Program-made: the position numbers and the translations under genes
Notes under the pieces: generated by a model
Database searches by the model: none
Seen by the model: only the letters and a program-made list of their open reading frames with translations
Told to the model about the DNA's origin: nothing
In this document: piece by piece, positions 1-9,664 of the stretch
Numbering within the stretch: the stretch's first letter is position 1
Layout: each line of letters begins with the position of its first letter
IMG/VR virus record: IMGVR_UViG_2541047680_000004
Origin: a virus
Lineage: Duplodnaviria; Heunggongvirae; Uroviricota; Caudoviricetes
Direction: 5' to 3' (one strand)
Length of the DNA stretch: 64,000 nucleotides

Positions 1-74
1 TTAACTACGAATAGCTTTCATAGAACGAAATATTTCTAAGGCTGTCCAATGCAGACCAGCCTTAGAGATTTATA

Positions 75-434
75 TCAACCTTTCTTCATTAACTCGCGTT
101 TAATTTCATCGGTACGCATCGTGACATCGGCAGCAGTGATCGCCTCGTTCAGCTTCACGATGTCCTCGATTTCCTGCGGTGTCTTCTCCGCAAGATGGAA
201 AATAGCAGCACGAATCACATCAGAGCGGGTGAATTTCTCGAAGCGAGGGATGAACTTCATCATCTCCAGCAGTTCGAAGTATTCGTCTTCCAGTGACATT
301 GTGCGGCTTTTAATTTTCTCTTTGCCACGAGTCGGGCGTCCCTGTGGTCTGACTGGTTGGCGCAAAGGAGTTGTGTTCTTAGCCGGTGCATCAGGCTCTT
401 TGCGCTTTGCTAGGTCACCCATTTTCATGGACAT
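75..434 (-). CDS. putative partition partner protein (ParG/ParB-like candidate) downstream of ParA
   Basis: 119-aa ORF whose start overlaps the ParA stop by 1 nt; basic N-terminus; called from operon position, not from a recognised motif. Confidence 0.4.
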   Translation of the reverse strand: MSMKMGDLAKRKEPDAPAKNTTPLRQPVRPQGRPTRGKEKIKSRTMSLEDEYFELLEMMKFIPRFEKFTRSDVIRAAIFHLAEKTPQEIEDIVKLNEAITAADVTMRTDEIKRELMKKG

Positions 435-1102
435 TATTCTTCTTCCTCCAGACTCAACAGATAATCTACAAATTCTTCAAACTCGGCTTCCGCCTTTTTG
501 TCGCGCTCGCTACCGGTCATTTCAAAGATAGAACGACCAGACTCTTCCGCATCATCATAGACGTTGCGGTTATATAGATTGACTGGCGCAGACTCGATGC
601 CAAACGTCTCAACAATCTCTTTAGCCGCCAGAATGCGAGACACTTGTGATGGCAAAGCCGGGCACTGGTTCATGACCGCGCGGACCTTCACTTTATCGTT
701 TACATTACGAACATTGTCGATAATAGGATCGATGTCACGCAGAGATTTCAAATCACGACGCTTAGGACGAAGCGGGATAATGATAACGTCGGCCATCAGC
801 ATCGCTTGTCGCTGAATTTCGGAGTCAAAGCCACCAGCATCTACCACTACATACTCAGCTCTACCCTGAAGCGATTTTAGGTGCTTAATGATGTCATCCT
901 GAACGTATGCAAAAGGAATCAGCTCAAGGTCTTCGTTCTGTCGACGGTCTTCACACCAGCTCGTTGTCGTGCGCTGAATATCTATATCGGTGATATAAAC
1001 CTTCTTCTTCTTTTTGACTTTCAGGCAAACGGCAATTTGCTGGGCTACGGTGGATTTGCCTGGCCCGCCCTTTGTGCCGCCAACCACAAAGATCTTGGTC
1101 AT
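434..1102 (-). CDS. parA: ParA/Soj-family partition ATPase (small, type Ib-like)
   Basis: 222 aa; deviant Walker A GGTKGGPGKST near N-terminus; acidic C-terminal tail. Confidence 0.8.
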   Translation of the reverse strand: MTKIFVVGGTKGGPGKSTVAQQIAVCLKVKKKKKVYITDIDIQRTTTSWCEDRRQNEDLELIPFAYVQDDIIKHLKSLQGRAEYVVVDAGGFDSEIQRQAMLMADVIIIPLRPKRRDLKSLRDIDPIIDNVRNVNDKVKVRAVMNQCPALPSQVSRILAAKEIVETFGIESAPVNLYNRNVYDDAEESGRSIFEMTGSERDKKAEAEFEEFVDYLLSLEEEE

Positions 1103-1225
1103 TGGAGAGTTCCCTTTGCGTATATAATTATCGTCTGAAACAACTTGTTTTCTTATATGTGATATAGCCTAAATGCCTACGGCTGTGGTGTAAAGGTTTA
1201 ATGATAGGTACATAGGTGGGCTTAA

Positions 1226-1250
1226 TAACAAAAAACCCGCCGTAGCGGGT
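1226..1250 (-). terminator. rho-independent terminator after gene 1251..2024
   Basis: stem ACCCGC/GCGGGT with loop CGTA, flanked by an A-run on plus strand (U-run on minus-strand RNA) directly after the stop. Confidence 0.55.
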
Positions 1251-2024
1251 TTATTGATTCATAGATCGTTTACTCAGAATGTTCACTATATGAGTACAAG
1301 CACCTGGGGTGAGATTGATTTTATTAGTCCCCCACTCTTCACGTCTTCGCATCTGGCCTCCGTCAGACTTACCGATATCCCACGGAATAAAACCACTTAC
1401 GCCACAGGCATCCTCACCCAATTCCTCTATAAAATTTTCGTTCTTCGTATCGTAAATTTCGACCAGTCCATGTTTGCGCATACTCACAGCCCAAAGAGTT
1501 GCGCCTTTTATCGTCTGTAACGTATCGCAAACCAAGTACTGATACTTATCTACGAGATAAAGGTAAGCAAAACTTGCGATGCCTAATCCCATATAATCAG
1601 CATGAGTAAAAACCCCTCTAATCTGCTTGGCGCTGACTTTTACTCCAGATTTATCCTTGATTGGAAACTCGCAGTAGGCCACGCGGAAGACTGTTTGGAC
1701 TGGCTGCCCCACATGCAACTTGTAGGATTCAATTTCTGCTCCTATCTCAAGAGGTGTGTAACCAGCACGTTTGAGTCGCTTAACTTCCTGCTCTTGGTAA
1801 TCAGGATCACATGACTCAAGACACTCGCCAACAATACAGCGTTCATAGGCCGAATCAACAAGCTCGTATTCGGTAAATCGAATTAGATCGAAACCTCGGG
1901 AGATAAAATAGAACTCACCGAGAGCGATAATTCTCGTCGCTCTCGGCATTTCAGACAAGACCTTGCTGTAGTCTTCTATTTCAGGGATTAATCTGTTCGC
2001 CTGACCAATTAGAGATGGTGCCAT
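1251..2024 (-). CDS. hypothetical protein, possible acetyltransferase-like C-terminal half
   Basis: 257-aa ORF; segment YMGLGIASFAYLYL loosely resembles a GNAT glycine-rich motif; weak. Confidence 0.35.
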   Translation of the reverse strand: MAPSLIGQANRLIPEIEDYSKVLSEMPRATRIIALGEFYFISRGFDLIRFTEYELVDSAYERCIVGECLESCDPDYQEQEVKRLKRAGYTPLEIGAEIESYKLHVGQPVQTVFRVAYCEFPIKDKSGVKVSAKQIRGVFTHADYMGLGIASFAYLYLVDKYQYLVCDTLQTIKGATLWAVSMRKHGLVEIYDTKNENFIEELGEDACGVSGFIPWDIGKSDGGQMRRREEWGTNKINLTPGACTHIVNILSKRSMNQ

Positions 2025-2428
2025 GAAGTATTCTGTGCCGTTGATGGTTCCATATCATCGATTTTACAGAATTTCTTCATAAAAGACTCTACAACTTGTT
2101 TGATTCGTGAAGAAATATCACGATCTAAACACTTCAAGTCAGGATATTGTTCAGCAACATCTAAAACAAAAGAGGTTCGTTTACCGTTAGCGACAACCTC
2201 GGCCAACGGTTTAACCAGTGACGTAGAATTAGAGACCTTTTCGGCACGCGCCACATCGCTCTTAAAAGTGACGATGAAGTGCTGGCGGTTAGCTGATTCA
2301 CGGCACAACATACGTCGCACTTCTACTGCGTCTTCACTGTTGTGAATACGCATAGGAAAGCTGTCGATAACCGCAGTATTGGTGCGGATCGTCTGCATAG
2401 AACGCGTATTGTCATGATAATTTAGCAT
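2009..2428 (-). CDS. hypothetical protein
   Basis: 139-aa ORF overlapping the downstream gene by 16 nt; no motif recognised. Confidence 0.35.
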   Translation of the reverse strand: MLNYHDNTRSMQTIRTNTAVIDSFPMRIHNSEDAVEVRRMLCRESANRQHFIVTFKSDVARAEKVSNSTSLVKPLAEVVANGKRTSFVLDVAEQYPDLKCLDRDISSRIKQVVESFMKKFCKIDDMEPSTAQNTSWHHL

Positions 2429-2637
2429 ATATCCACCTTAGCCGTTAACACAAGTGTCATTGCGGCACCCCTCTCGGGGTTGAAGGCTACGAGAATGCGT
2501 AGCCTGTATGTGCCCACTTACGTGGATGCCTAATAAATCTACATCAAATTACTAAATGATTCAACATGAGCTTGAGTGAACAGGCGTGTATATGAGTGAA
2601 GATGCCATCTTTAGGATAAAAGGTAAACTGAGATCAA

Positions 2638-2874
2638 TCATCGACTCAGTTCAGGTGCCCCCCACTCACACAGCCTTTCACCTATCGTATTGTGGATAAG
2701 CAACTGTCGCTCCGTTTCCTCAGTCATAAAATCCTCTCTACTCACATAGATAGGATTTGCAGCATCGCAGAATAGCACGCCTGGAGCCTGCGTCTTAATC
2801 ACGCACCCATTTATCAAACAGCTCGCGATGAACACCAGAGGCATCTTTTTGCCGCACTTCATTAACCGTTTCAT
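2638..2874 (-). CDS. putative o-spanin (Rz1-like lipoprotein), overlapped architecture
   Basis: alternate frame overlapping the 3' part of the Rz-like ORF; short signal-like segment ending IASC (lipobox-like); start codon uncertain. Confidence 0.3.
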   Translation of the reverse strand: MKRLMKCGKKMPLVFIASCLINGCVIKTQAPGVLFCDAANPIYVSREDFMTEETERQLLIHNTIGERLCEWGAPELSR

Positions 2875-3046
2875 TTTTGACATCCACTGTGCTTTGAAGT
2901 CGTTTTCTGTCTTCCTGTTTTGCCTTCTCTTCCATTGCTCGTCGCGCCGCATTCCCGCCCATCGTGTAAGCGCCGACCAGAACGAAAAGAACGGCAGCCA
3001 GCGTAATCAAAGCAACTTTTAGCTTTGTCATCAGGCTGCCTAGCAT
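2795..3046 (-). CDS. putative i-spanin (Rz-like)
   Basis: 83 aa; N-terminal TM helix LKVALITLAAVLFVLVGAY followed by charged coiled-coil-like region; last gene of lysis cassette. Confidence 0.5.
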   Translation of the reverse strand: MLGSLMTKLKVALITLAAVLFVLVGAYTMGGNAARRAMEEKAKQEDRKRLQSTVDVKNETVNEVRQKDASGVHRELFDKWVRD

Positions 3047-3047
3047 A

Positions 3048-3740
3048 TTAGACCATCCCTTTCTGGTGTTTTCTTACCTGCGACCAGGCAATGAATCCTG
3101 CCACAACAATAGTGGCAATACCGAAGATGATGCGTACTGTATCCCCGCTAGAGATATGACCTTGTGCTTTATCCATAGCAGCGGAAACCTGTGGCATAAC
3201 ATCGGCCAGCTGTGCCAGACCAATACCTGCTGTAACAGTTGCGCCTGCGGTTTCTTTAGTTACAGGAACAGCCTTCACGGTTTTCACCGGCTTAACGACG
3301 CCAGCTCGACGCAGACCTTCCTCAATAACTTCTGCCGCATACCAGGTGTTCAGCGTTTTTAGCGGACCTCGCCCATTCTCATGGCGAATGATTGCCTCAA
3401 CCAAAGGTCGAAGGATGTCGTAATCATGCAGATCGATGATCATGTCTGCGGTTACACCAACGGCTTTAGACACCTCATTAATGTAGGCGTCAGTGTTGTT
3501 TTCATTCGGCGGTGCCCAACGTTCAATAACTTCACGAATGGTATCGATACTTGAGCCGTCTTTTGCGCGACGTTTGTCGTGGTAGGTAATTAGAGTCACC
3601 GCCAGCGCACGAATCCCCCAAACAGGGTCTTTAAACGTGCAAAAGCGCGGTTCGTCTGGATTCGCAACCAGACCTTGCCACGGTGATCCTTTATCAAGAT
3701 TACCGGGGTTATTATTACGAATGCCTCTCGGAGTCTTCAT
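3048..3740 (-). CDS. putative endolysin (peptidoglycan hydrolase) with C-terminal hydrophobic segment
   Basis: start placed at MKTPRG with RBS AGGAGA; motif IRNNNPGNL near N-terminus; C-terminal TM-like IIFGIATIVVAGFIAW; position between holin-like gene and spanins. Confidence 0.5.
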   Translation of the reverse strand: MKTPRGIRNNNPGNLDKGSPWQGLVANPDEPRFCTFKDPVWGIRALAVTLITYHDKRRAKDGSSIDTIREVIERWAPPNENNTDAYINEVSKAVGVTADMIIDLHDYDILRPLVEAIIRHENGRGPLKTLNTWYAAEVIEEGLRRAGVVKPVKTVKAVPVTKETAGATVTAGIGLAQLADVMPQVSAAMDKAQGHISSGDTVRIIFGIATIVVAGFIAWSQVRKHQKGMV

Positions 3741-3753
3741 CCTTGATCTCCTG

Positions 3754-4089
3754 TTATTGCAGTCCATTTTTTACGCCATACGCGGCTAACCCCAAAAGCA
3801 GTGCAGTAATAATGAACGACGTTATTTTAGAAACAATGCCGCCAAAGAACCCACTGGAGATGGAATCTAACCGGTTAAGGAGTTTGTCCAGATTGGAGTG
3901 TTGAATACTATGTTGCGCCGGGGTCATATCACCAAAGTAGGTTTTCAGCTGATCATTGACCTCTTGGCCAATTTCTTCACGTAGCTCTTTACCTAATTTA
4001 CCAACAACCTCCCGAGCAACGATCGCGGCAATACGCTCAACTTGCTCTGTTGTAACGCCCGCCATCTCGTTCGACATATTTTCCTCCAT
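3754..4089 (-). CDS. holin-like small membrane protein
   Basis: 111 aa with C-terminal TM segment ITSFIITALLLGLAAYGV; first gene of lysis cassette. Confidence 0.35.
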   Translation of the reverse strand: MEENMSNEMAGVTTEQVERIAAIVAREVVGKLGKELREEIGQEVNDQLKTYFGDMTPAQHSIQHSNLDKLLNRLDSISSGFFGGIVSKITSFIITALLLGLAAYGVKNGLQ

Positions 4090-4140
4090 GAAAAGTCAAA
4101 TCGGGATGGCGGATTTATATCACATTTCACCCTTTTGTTG

Positions 4141-4160
4141 TAGGTGTGTGCTTACCTATC
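4141..4160. promoter_or_regulatory. family-2 dyad-like motif (TAGGT..CTTACCTATC)
   Basis: shares the TTACCTATC word with sites at 30062, 56083 and 62343; intergenic between lipoprotein and holin genes. Confidence 0.3.
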
Positions 4161-4389
4161 ATTCAGCATTGCAACGGACTGATGAGAAAGCACCTACTCC
4201 AACCCATCGCCAGTTATAGATGCTACCCGCTTTGTATAAGGTATAGTCGTTCACTTTTTTAACAGCATATATGGGTATGACTGTCTCCTGTCCACCAATG
4301 ATAGCCTCACCATAACATATAGGTGTCGGCAATTTCTGGCAGCCAGTAAGAGAGAGAACAACAGCTATTGTTAGAAATAATCTTTTCAT
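4159..4389 (-). CDS. small lipoprotein
   Basis: 76 aa; signal peptide MKRLFLTIAVVLSLTGC with lipobox LTGC. Confidence 0.5.
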   Translation of the reverse strand: MKRLFLTIAVVLSLTGCQKLPTPICYGEAIIGGQETVIPIYAVKKVNDYTLYKAGSIYNWRWVGVGAFSSVRCNAE

Positions 4390-4399
4390 CGTTTACTCA

Positions 4400-5008
4400 T
4401 CAGTTATACAGATTTCTATTTATTACCGGTACTCTGCCATTTACACTAAAACTATGGCCGCCATTAAGTTGGTTTACGAATATAGAGCTAACAGTATTTC
4501 CATATGCCGCATATCCATAAACCATTGTCATGGCCCCGCCCGGTACTGGAACCGCGAACACATTTGCATATGTTGGGATTATCGCTGGCGGGTAATCAAA
4601 AACATGCCCTCCAGAACTGTTCCACTCCGTATTATTAAGAAAGGTAAATGAAAGTGGGATATTTGCCGTATTATAGATCTCCTCTCCTCGCGCATTGAAA
4701 AAACTCATGCCCCAAGTTTCTTTTTTGGCTATACCTTTCGAAAATACGTATATCGTGGCACTAGAGTCGCTACCCTGACCTCCGAAACTGTAAATCACCT
4801 GGTTGTTACGCACTATTCTGTTGGCTATTAATGAAACAGCTTTCGAATAGGCAACAAAAATCATCGGTGAACGATCTGGAGATATTTGGGTGTTAAACTC
4901 TGTCCCGCCGGACAAAGAAACAACCTGCTTTCTCTGAAAAACGATAGGAGACAAAGAAGGAGACATCCAGACCTTCCCGTCAGATCGATATATCTTGCTT
5001 CCGTACAT
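4400..5008 (-). CDS. hypothetical tail-fiber-associated protein
   Basis: 202 aa, Gly/Ser/Asn-rich; start overlaps upstream stop in TAATG arrangement (translational coupling). Confidence 0.35.
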   Translation of the reverse strand: MYGSKIYRSDGKVWMSPSLSPIVFQRKQVVSLSGGTEFNTQISPDRSPMIFVAYSKAVSLIANRIVRNNQVIYSFGGQGSDSSATIYVFSKGIAKKETWGMSFFNARGEEIYNTANIPLSFTFLNNTEWNSSGGHVFDYPPAIIPTYANVFAVPVPGGAMTMVYGYAAYGNTVSSIFVNQLNGGHSFSVNGRVPVINRNLYN

Positions 5009-5262
5009 TATTTTTGAAAAACCAATATGTTTAAATTACCACTAGCTCCAGACCACGAAATGGTATTTCCAGAAACCGTAAGACTTGTGTATTTTCCATT
5101 GGTTACGTCCATTATGTAATAGTCGATTCCCAATCCCGCCTCAACCTCATATGTTCTACTTCCTGAACCAGAGGGAGTAAAATAATCGAGGTAATAAACA
5201 GGGGCCAACGCATCGACCATCTCCTGTCTTGATGGCGACCAAACCTGTGCACCATAGCTCAT
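5008..5262 (-). CDS. hypothetical protein
   Basis: 84-aa ORF directly downstream of the tail fiber gene. Confidence 0.3.
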   Translation of the reverse strand: MSYGAQVWSPSRQEMVDALAPVYYLDYFTPSGSGSRTYEVEAGLGIDYYIMDVTNGKYTSLTVSGNTISWSGASGNLNILVFQK

Positions 5263-5322
5263 AAATATATCCTTATACTTTTAAGCAGGGGCTGGTTTAG
5301 TTCCAGCCCCGATTGAAGTTGT

Positions 5323-8300
5323 TTATTCTTTAGGTGAATTTAACTTCGTTTCAAGCTCCTCAACCCTTTTGGTCAATTGCTGAATATGATGAATGAGTGG
5401 TACAACCAAACGCTCATACATCACTCCTTCAGCGACCATACCATTTGAGGAAATATCTCCTGGAGAATCATTATTTGTTGGTTCACGCCAATGGACATAT
5501 TGCGGGGCAATCTCACCAACCTCTTCAGCAATAAGGCCGTAATACCCCCAATCCTTTCGGTCACCTCGACAAATTGAACGATACCAAACAGGTCTTAATG
5601 ACAAAAGTTCATCAGCATATCGATCTTGTAATGTTTCAATATCCTTTTTATAGCGCCTTGAAGATGTTGAACGCCAAACTGTATTGATACCTGGGTTTGG
5701 ATCAATGTACATATTGGCACCGCTAGTAGTTGTGCCAATATCCCATATAGCAAACCCTCCACTACCGCCTGATTTGACAACCAGTGTTTCAGCAATAATA
5801 TCCAGGTTGCCACTATAGCCTGTCAGTGATGATCTGCTTGCATAGGAACTTAGAAGGTTTGTTACCTCTGTTTTCGTATAAGCATTAAGGTTAGCCGCAG
5901 TCAAAGTAATATCGGCAGAGCCATCAAACGCCACACCAGCAATTTTCCTTGCTGTCTGCAATTTTGTGGCTGTTGCGGCATTACCAGTAGTATTCTGATT
6001 ACCGGTTGTATTCACACCAGGGATTGAATCCTTAGCGGTATATACCTGCGCCCACGCTGACCATGCCGCATCAGTGGTATCTCTTCTGGAGCGAATGAAA
6101 ACCGGCGCATGTGCACCGCTCGTACCACTCCAGCCAATAAGCAACTCGCCCTCACCAGCAGCACTCGCACCTTTCATGTGCAATACGTTGCCATACGTGG
6201 TCGGGTAGCTATTGTTGTACGCCTCGTACATTTGAATGCCAGCAGTACCTTGAGTAGAACCGCTTAAAGCCGTAACTCGACCACGAGAAACCAATGTATT
6301 AATATTGATATCACCTGAACCATCAAACTTAACACCATTGATGTTTCTCGCTGTTTGCAACTTCGTAGCTGTTGAAGCATTGCCATTCAAGCTACCATTT
6401 ACGCCACCAGTAACATTTAGTCCATTACCAATAGACACAACACCGCTGCTATTATTAATTATAATCGGTCGCAAACTGTTCCATGAACCTAACGTATCTC
6501 CTGATGCTGTTAGCATGAAATATGTGCTGCCGCCGTCATTACGGATAAAGAACCCGTAGTTACCGTAAGCAATGCGGAAACCATTTGCATATTTTGAAAC
6601 GATCTCACCAGAAGACGTCAACCCTCCAGATAATGTGCCACCTGAAAGCGGTAATGCTCCTACATCAGAAGCTGTTGGTTTGTTTCTAGTGTTATAAGAA
6701 CGACGCCAGCCTGGCGCATAATCACTCCCATTGTACACATAAATAAATTCCGCATTATTAACACCACCATGACCTGATGTTGTTGCCGTTGTAACACGAA
6801 TAGTGTAGTGGCTTGTTGCCTTATTACTAAACACCTCAATCACGGAACCAGATAGATCGATCCTACCGCAACCAGTGTCGTCTATATAATTATTGTTGGC
6901 GTAAGTCCATGAGCACCGTGCGATCCAATGTTTGTTTGTAAATGCCCCCTGATTGTTTAGCCAAGTTATAAATTGAGCAGTCGTAAATGCCGTTCCGTTA
7001 CCACTATTTAACCATCCAGCGGCAGCGGTTGGTGCGTTTATATCAGCCGGCTGAGGCATAAATCCAGTCGTGTAAACCTGCTCCCAACCACTTTCAAAAC
7101 CATAGCCATCTCTTGAGGAACGGTAGAACAGACCACCATTTTTATAGTGAGCTTTAATTTGAAGCGTACGGCAACTACCTACACCGGTATAAAAGTTGGC
7201 AAGAATATAACTGGCGCCTGTTCTAGTTACATTGTAAGCACCAGATTCAGCATTCCACGGCACGCCACCATCAGCATCCGCATATGACCCTGTTGCCCTT
7301 CTTGCGAAAGCGGCAACATGCGCAGCGGTTAAAGTGATATCAGTAGAACCATCAAATGGAACACCGGATATTTTTCTTGCAGTCTGAAGTTTTGTAGCAG
7401 TTGCAGCATTACCAGTGGTGTTCTGATTACCCGTAGTGTTTACACCTGGAAGGTTGATATTTGCAGAACCGTCGAAACCAACTCCACCGATAGATCTTGC
7501 CGTCTGCAATTTCGTTGCTGTACTTGCATTACCATTTAATGTTCCGGTGATCCCACCAGTAACAGACAACGGACCTGAAACTGTTCCTCCGGTTGTTGGC
7601 AGTGCTCCAATATCTAACGGCGTCGGTTTCTGATGTGTGCTATACATCGTATAAACAACACCATCGGTAACGCTGGAAGGCTTACTCGCTGAATATGTTG
7701 GCGATGTATAAACAGAAACTGACGCATTTGCAGTACAATCCCAATGGATATTTACACTCGTCGCATAATTGCCAATTTCAACGTAAATATCATATGTATC
7801 GCCGGATGTGTTGATCCAGGCGAAATTCGTTAATCCGACAGCTGTACGCTTCCACAAAGCACCTGTAATCCCTTTGGGGTTTCCATTGCCTGCTCGTAGA
7901 ACCAGTTCTGAAATGCCTGCCTGATGTGGGGAGCCGACGTTGTAACCAGCGCCACCAATCAATGCGATGTAAACGATGGAACTCGCTTGTGGCATTGTAA
8001 CAGTAGCCAGTTTGAACCACCCGGCCCCGCCAGAGAAAGACATCGTTATTGAATTTAAAGTACCAATATCTTTCGGCGTTAATGTGATATCCGCAGTCAG
8101 TGCTTTCCCGTTAATTTTTCGGTTAGATGGCACCCTGCTGTTCGCATTGTCATTGACTACTTTAACTGCTTTTGGCGTTGCGGCCAGCGATTCACTGGTG
8201 CTGTCGACAGCACTGCTAAGTTTCACAACACCTTTAGTTGTAAGGCTTGCGTCTTCCATCGCAACTGCACCGGCAATCTCTTCAGCACGATCAGCAGCAG

Positions 8301-9621
8301 CTTCCGCACGGGTCGCAGCGGATTCAGCAGCAGTTTTGCTCTGAGATGCTGCCGTCGCACTGCCTGCCGCCTCTGTTGCTTTCGTGGATGCCGTCGTGGC
8401 GCTGCCCTTCGCTGCTGACGCCTGTCTGGTCGCCTCATCTTTTGAAGCAGACGCAGATGATGCCGATGACGCTGCCGAACTGGCGGACGATGCGGCTGCC
8501 GTTTTTGAGGATTCTGCACGGGTTTCCGACGCTTTCGCGTTCGTTTCGGATGTCTTCGCTGCGGAAGCAGACCTCGCTGCTGCGCTGGCCTGTTCAGTGG
8601 CTTCGCCAGCCTTCGTTGTGGCTGTTGAAGCAGATGATGCGGCACTTTCTGCCGATTTTCCGGCGGCGGTGGCACTGGCTGAGGCCTGCCCGGCACTTGT
8701 TGACGCGGCACTGGCAGACGACGCAGCCGCTGTTTTTGAGCCTGCCGCAGCCGAGGCGCTCTGTCCCGCTGCCGTTTCAGAAGACCTGGCGTTCGTCTCG
8801 GACGTTTTTGCCGCCTTCGCGGAATTTCCTGCCGCCGTTGCCGAGGAAGCGGCATTACTGGCGCTCGAGGCTGCGCTCGTTTCTGATGATTTCGCTGCCT
8901 CTTTTGAGGCCGCCGCATCCCGGGCTGAGGTGGCAGCTTCTGACGCCTTCGTGGTCGCGGTGGATGCAGAAGTGGCTGCAGATTTTTGTGACGCTGCAGC
9001 ATTCGTTTCAGACGTTTTCGCGGCACCGGCACTGGTGGCCGCCGCGCTTTTTGAGGACTCTGCAGCGGATGCACTTTGAGACGCTTGAGAGGCTTTTTCT
9101 CCAGCGGTATTGGCGCTTTCTGCTGCTGCGGCAGCACTGGCCGCCGCCTCACGAGCTTTGTCGCCAGCAGCATCAATCGCGTCAGTGTTATTTTTATACC
9201 ACTCAACGTTTTCGTTGTGCTCGTTGACGATCTGCATTAGCGGCTTAACGGTCACTTCTGTACCGTCTTCACGCTCGATTGTCACCTCATCCAGAGCAGT
9301 CAACCAACTGCGCATGGACTTGGAATCAGCCGACATACGCGACATTAGTGCTGTAAAGCGCGCGCTAAACTGTGTTAAGTCGCCTTCATAGGTCGTAATG
9401 ATTCGGCACGGAACTTCAGACTGAGTTTCGCCGGTATAGGGTTCTGAGAGAACAATGTTCGTATCACTGGTTACGCGCTTGATCTCATACAGCTTATTGT
9501 CGGGGCCAATGACGATCATCCCCGGCAACACACCATTAGCTGTTACGTTCCAGGCTGTCCCTGCCCCAACCAGAGTATTGCTGCCCTGTGTAAATGTGAT
9601 AGTACCTTCCCTGTACCACAT
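5323..9621 (-). CDS. side tail fiber with C-terminal intramolecular-chaperone (S74-type) domain
   Basis: 1432 aa; tail-fiber motifs GVVKLSSAVDSTSESLAATPKAVK and repeated NGNASTATKLQTAR blocks; C-terminal chaperone-like segment (KKDIETLQDRYADELL...YGLIAEEV); long Ala/Ser-rich tract. Confidence 0.85.
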   Translation of the reverse strand: MWYREGTITFTQGSNTLVGAGTAWNVTANGVLPGMIVIGPDNKLYEIKRVTSDTNIVLSEPYTGETQSEVPCRIITTYEGDLTQFSARFTALMSRMSADSKSMRSWLTALDEVTIEREDGTEVTVKPLMQIVNEHNENVEWYKNNTDAIDAAGDKAREAAASAAAAAESANTAGEKASQASQSASAAESSKSAAATSAGAAKTSETNAAASQKSAATSASTATTKASEAATSARDAAASKEAAKSSETSAASSASNAASSATAAGNSAKAAKTSETNARSSETAAGQSASAAAGSKTAAASSASAASTSAGQASASATAAGKSAESAASSASTATTKAGEATEQASAAARSASAAKTSETNAKASETRAESSKTAAASSASSAASSASSASASKDEATRQASAAKGSATTASTKATEAAGSATAASQSKTAAESAATRAEAAADRAEEIAGAVAMEDASLTTKGVVKLSSAVDSTSESLAATPKAVKVVNDNANSRVPSNRKINGKALTADITLTPKDIGTLNSITMSFSGGAGWFKLATVTMPQASSIVYIALIGGAGYNVGSPHQAGISELVLRAGNGNPKGITGALWKRTAVGLTNFAWINTSGDTYDIYVEIGNYATSVNIHWDCTANASVSVYTSPTYSASKPSSVTDGVVYTMYSTHQKPTPLDIGALPTTGGTVSGPLSVTGGITGTLNGNASTATKLQTARSIGGVGFDGSANINLPGVNTTGNQNTTGNAATATKLQTARKISGVPFDGSTDITLTAAHVAAFARRATGSYADADGGVPWNAESGAYNVTRTGASYILANFYTGVGSCRTLQIKAHYKNGGLFYRSSRDGYGFESGWEQVYTTGFMPQPADINAPTAAAGWLNSGNGTAFTTAQFITWLNNQGAFTNKHWIARCSWTYANNNYIDDTGCGRIDLSGSVIEVFSNKATSHYTIRVTTATTSGHGGVNNAEFIYVYNGSDYAPGWRRSYNTRNKPTASDVGALPLSGGTLSGGLTSSGEIVSKYANGFRIAYGNYGFFIRNDGGSTYFMLTASGDTLGSWNSLRPIIINNSSGVVSIGNGLNVTGGVNGSLNGNASTATKLQTARNINGVKFDGSGDININTLVSRGRVTALSGSTQGTAGIQMYEAYNNSYPTTYGNVLHMKGASAAGEGELLIGWSGTSGAHAPVFIRSRRDTTDAAWSAWAQVYTAKDSIPGVNTTGNQNTTGNAATATKLQTARKIAGVAFDGSADITLTAANLNAYTKTEVTNLLSSYASRSSLTGYSGNLDIIAETLVVKSGGSGGFAIWDIGTTTSGANMYIDPNPGINTVWRSTSSRRYKKDIETLQDRYADELLSLRPVWYRSICRGDRKDWGYYGLIAEEVGEIAPQYVHWREPTNNDSPGDISSNGMVAEGVMYERLVVPLIHHIQQLTKRVEELETKLNSPKE
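8290..9175 (-). repeat. low-complexity Ala/Ser/Thr-rich coding repeats inside tail fiber gene
   Basis: recurring KTSETNA / SASAA units in translation; GC-rich repetitive codons create long spurious ORFs in other frames. Confidence 0.7.
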
Positions 9622-9664
9622 GTTGAATATGCTCCTTGATTTGGTGGGCTATCCTTGCCCCCAT

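Noticed and set aside
49-577. Plus-strand ORFs 49..531 and 386..577 overlapping the partition genes
   Set aside because: Antisense to the ParA-like gene and its downstream partner; hydrophobic junk composition.
8223-9227. Long ORFs on both strands inside the tail fiber gene (8223..9206 minus alternate frame, 8247..9227 and 8384..9079 plus)
   Set aside because: They are Arg/Pro-rich or Ala/Asp-rich low-complexity translations produced by the GC-rich Ala/Ser codon repeats of the real tail fiber frame; no independent start or RBS context.
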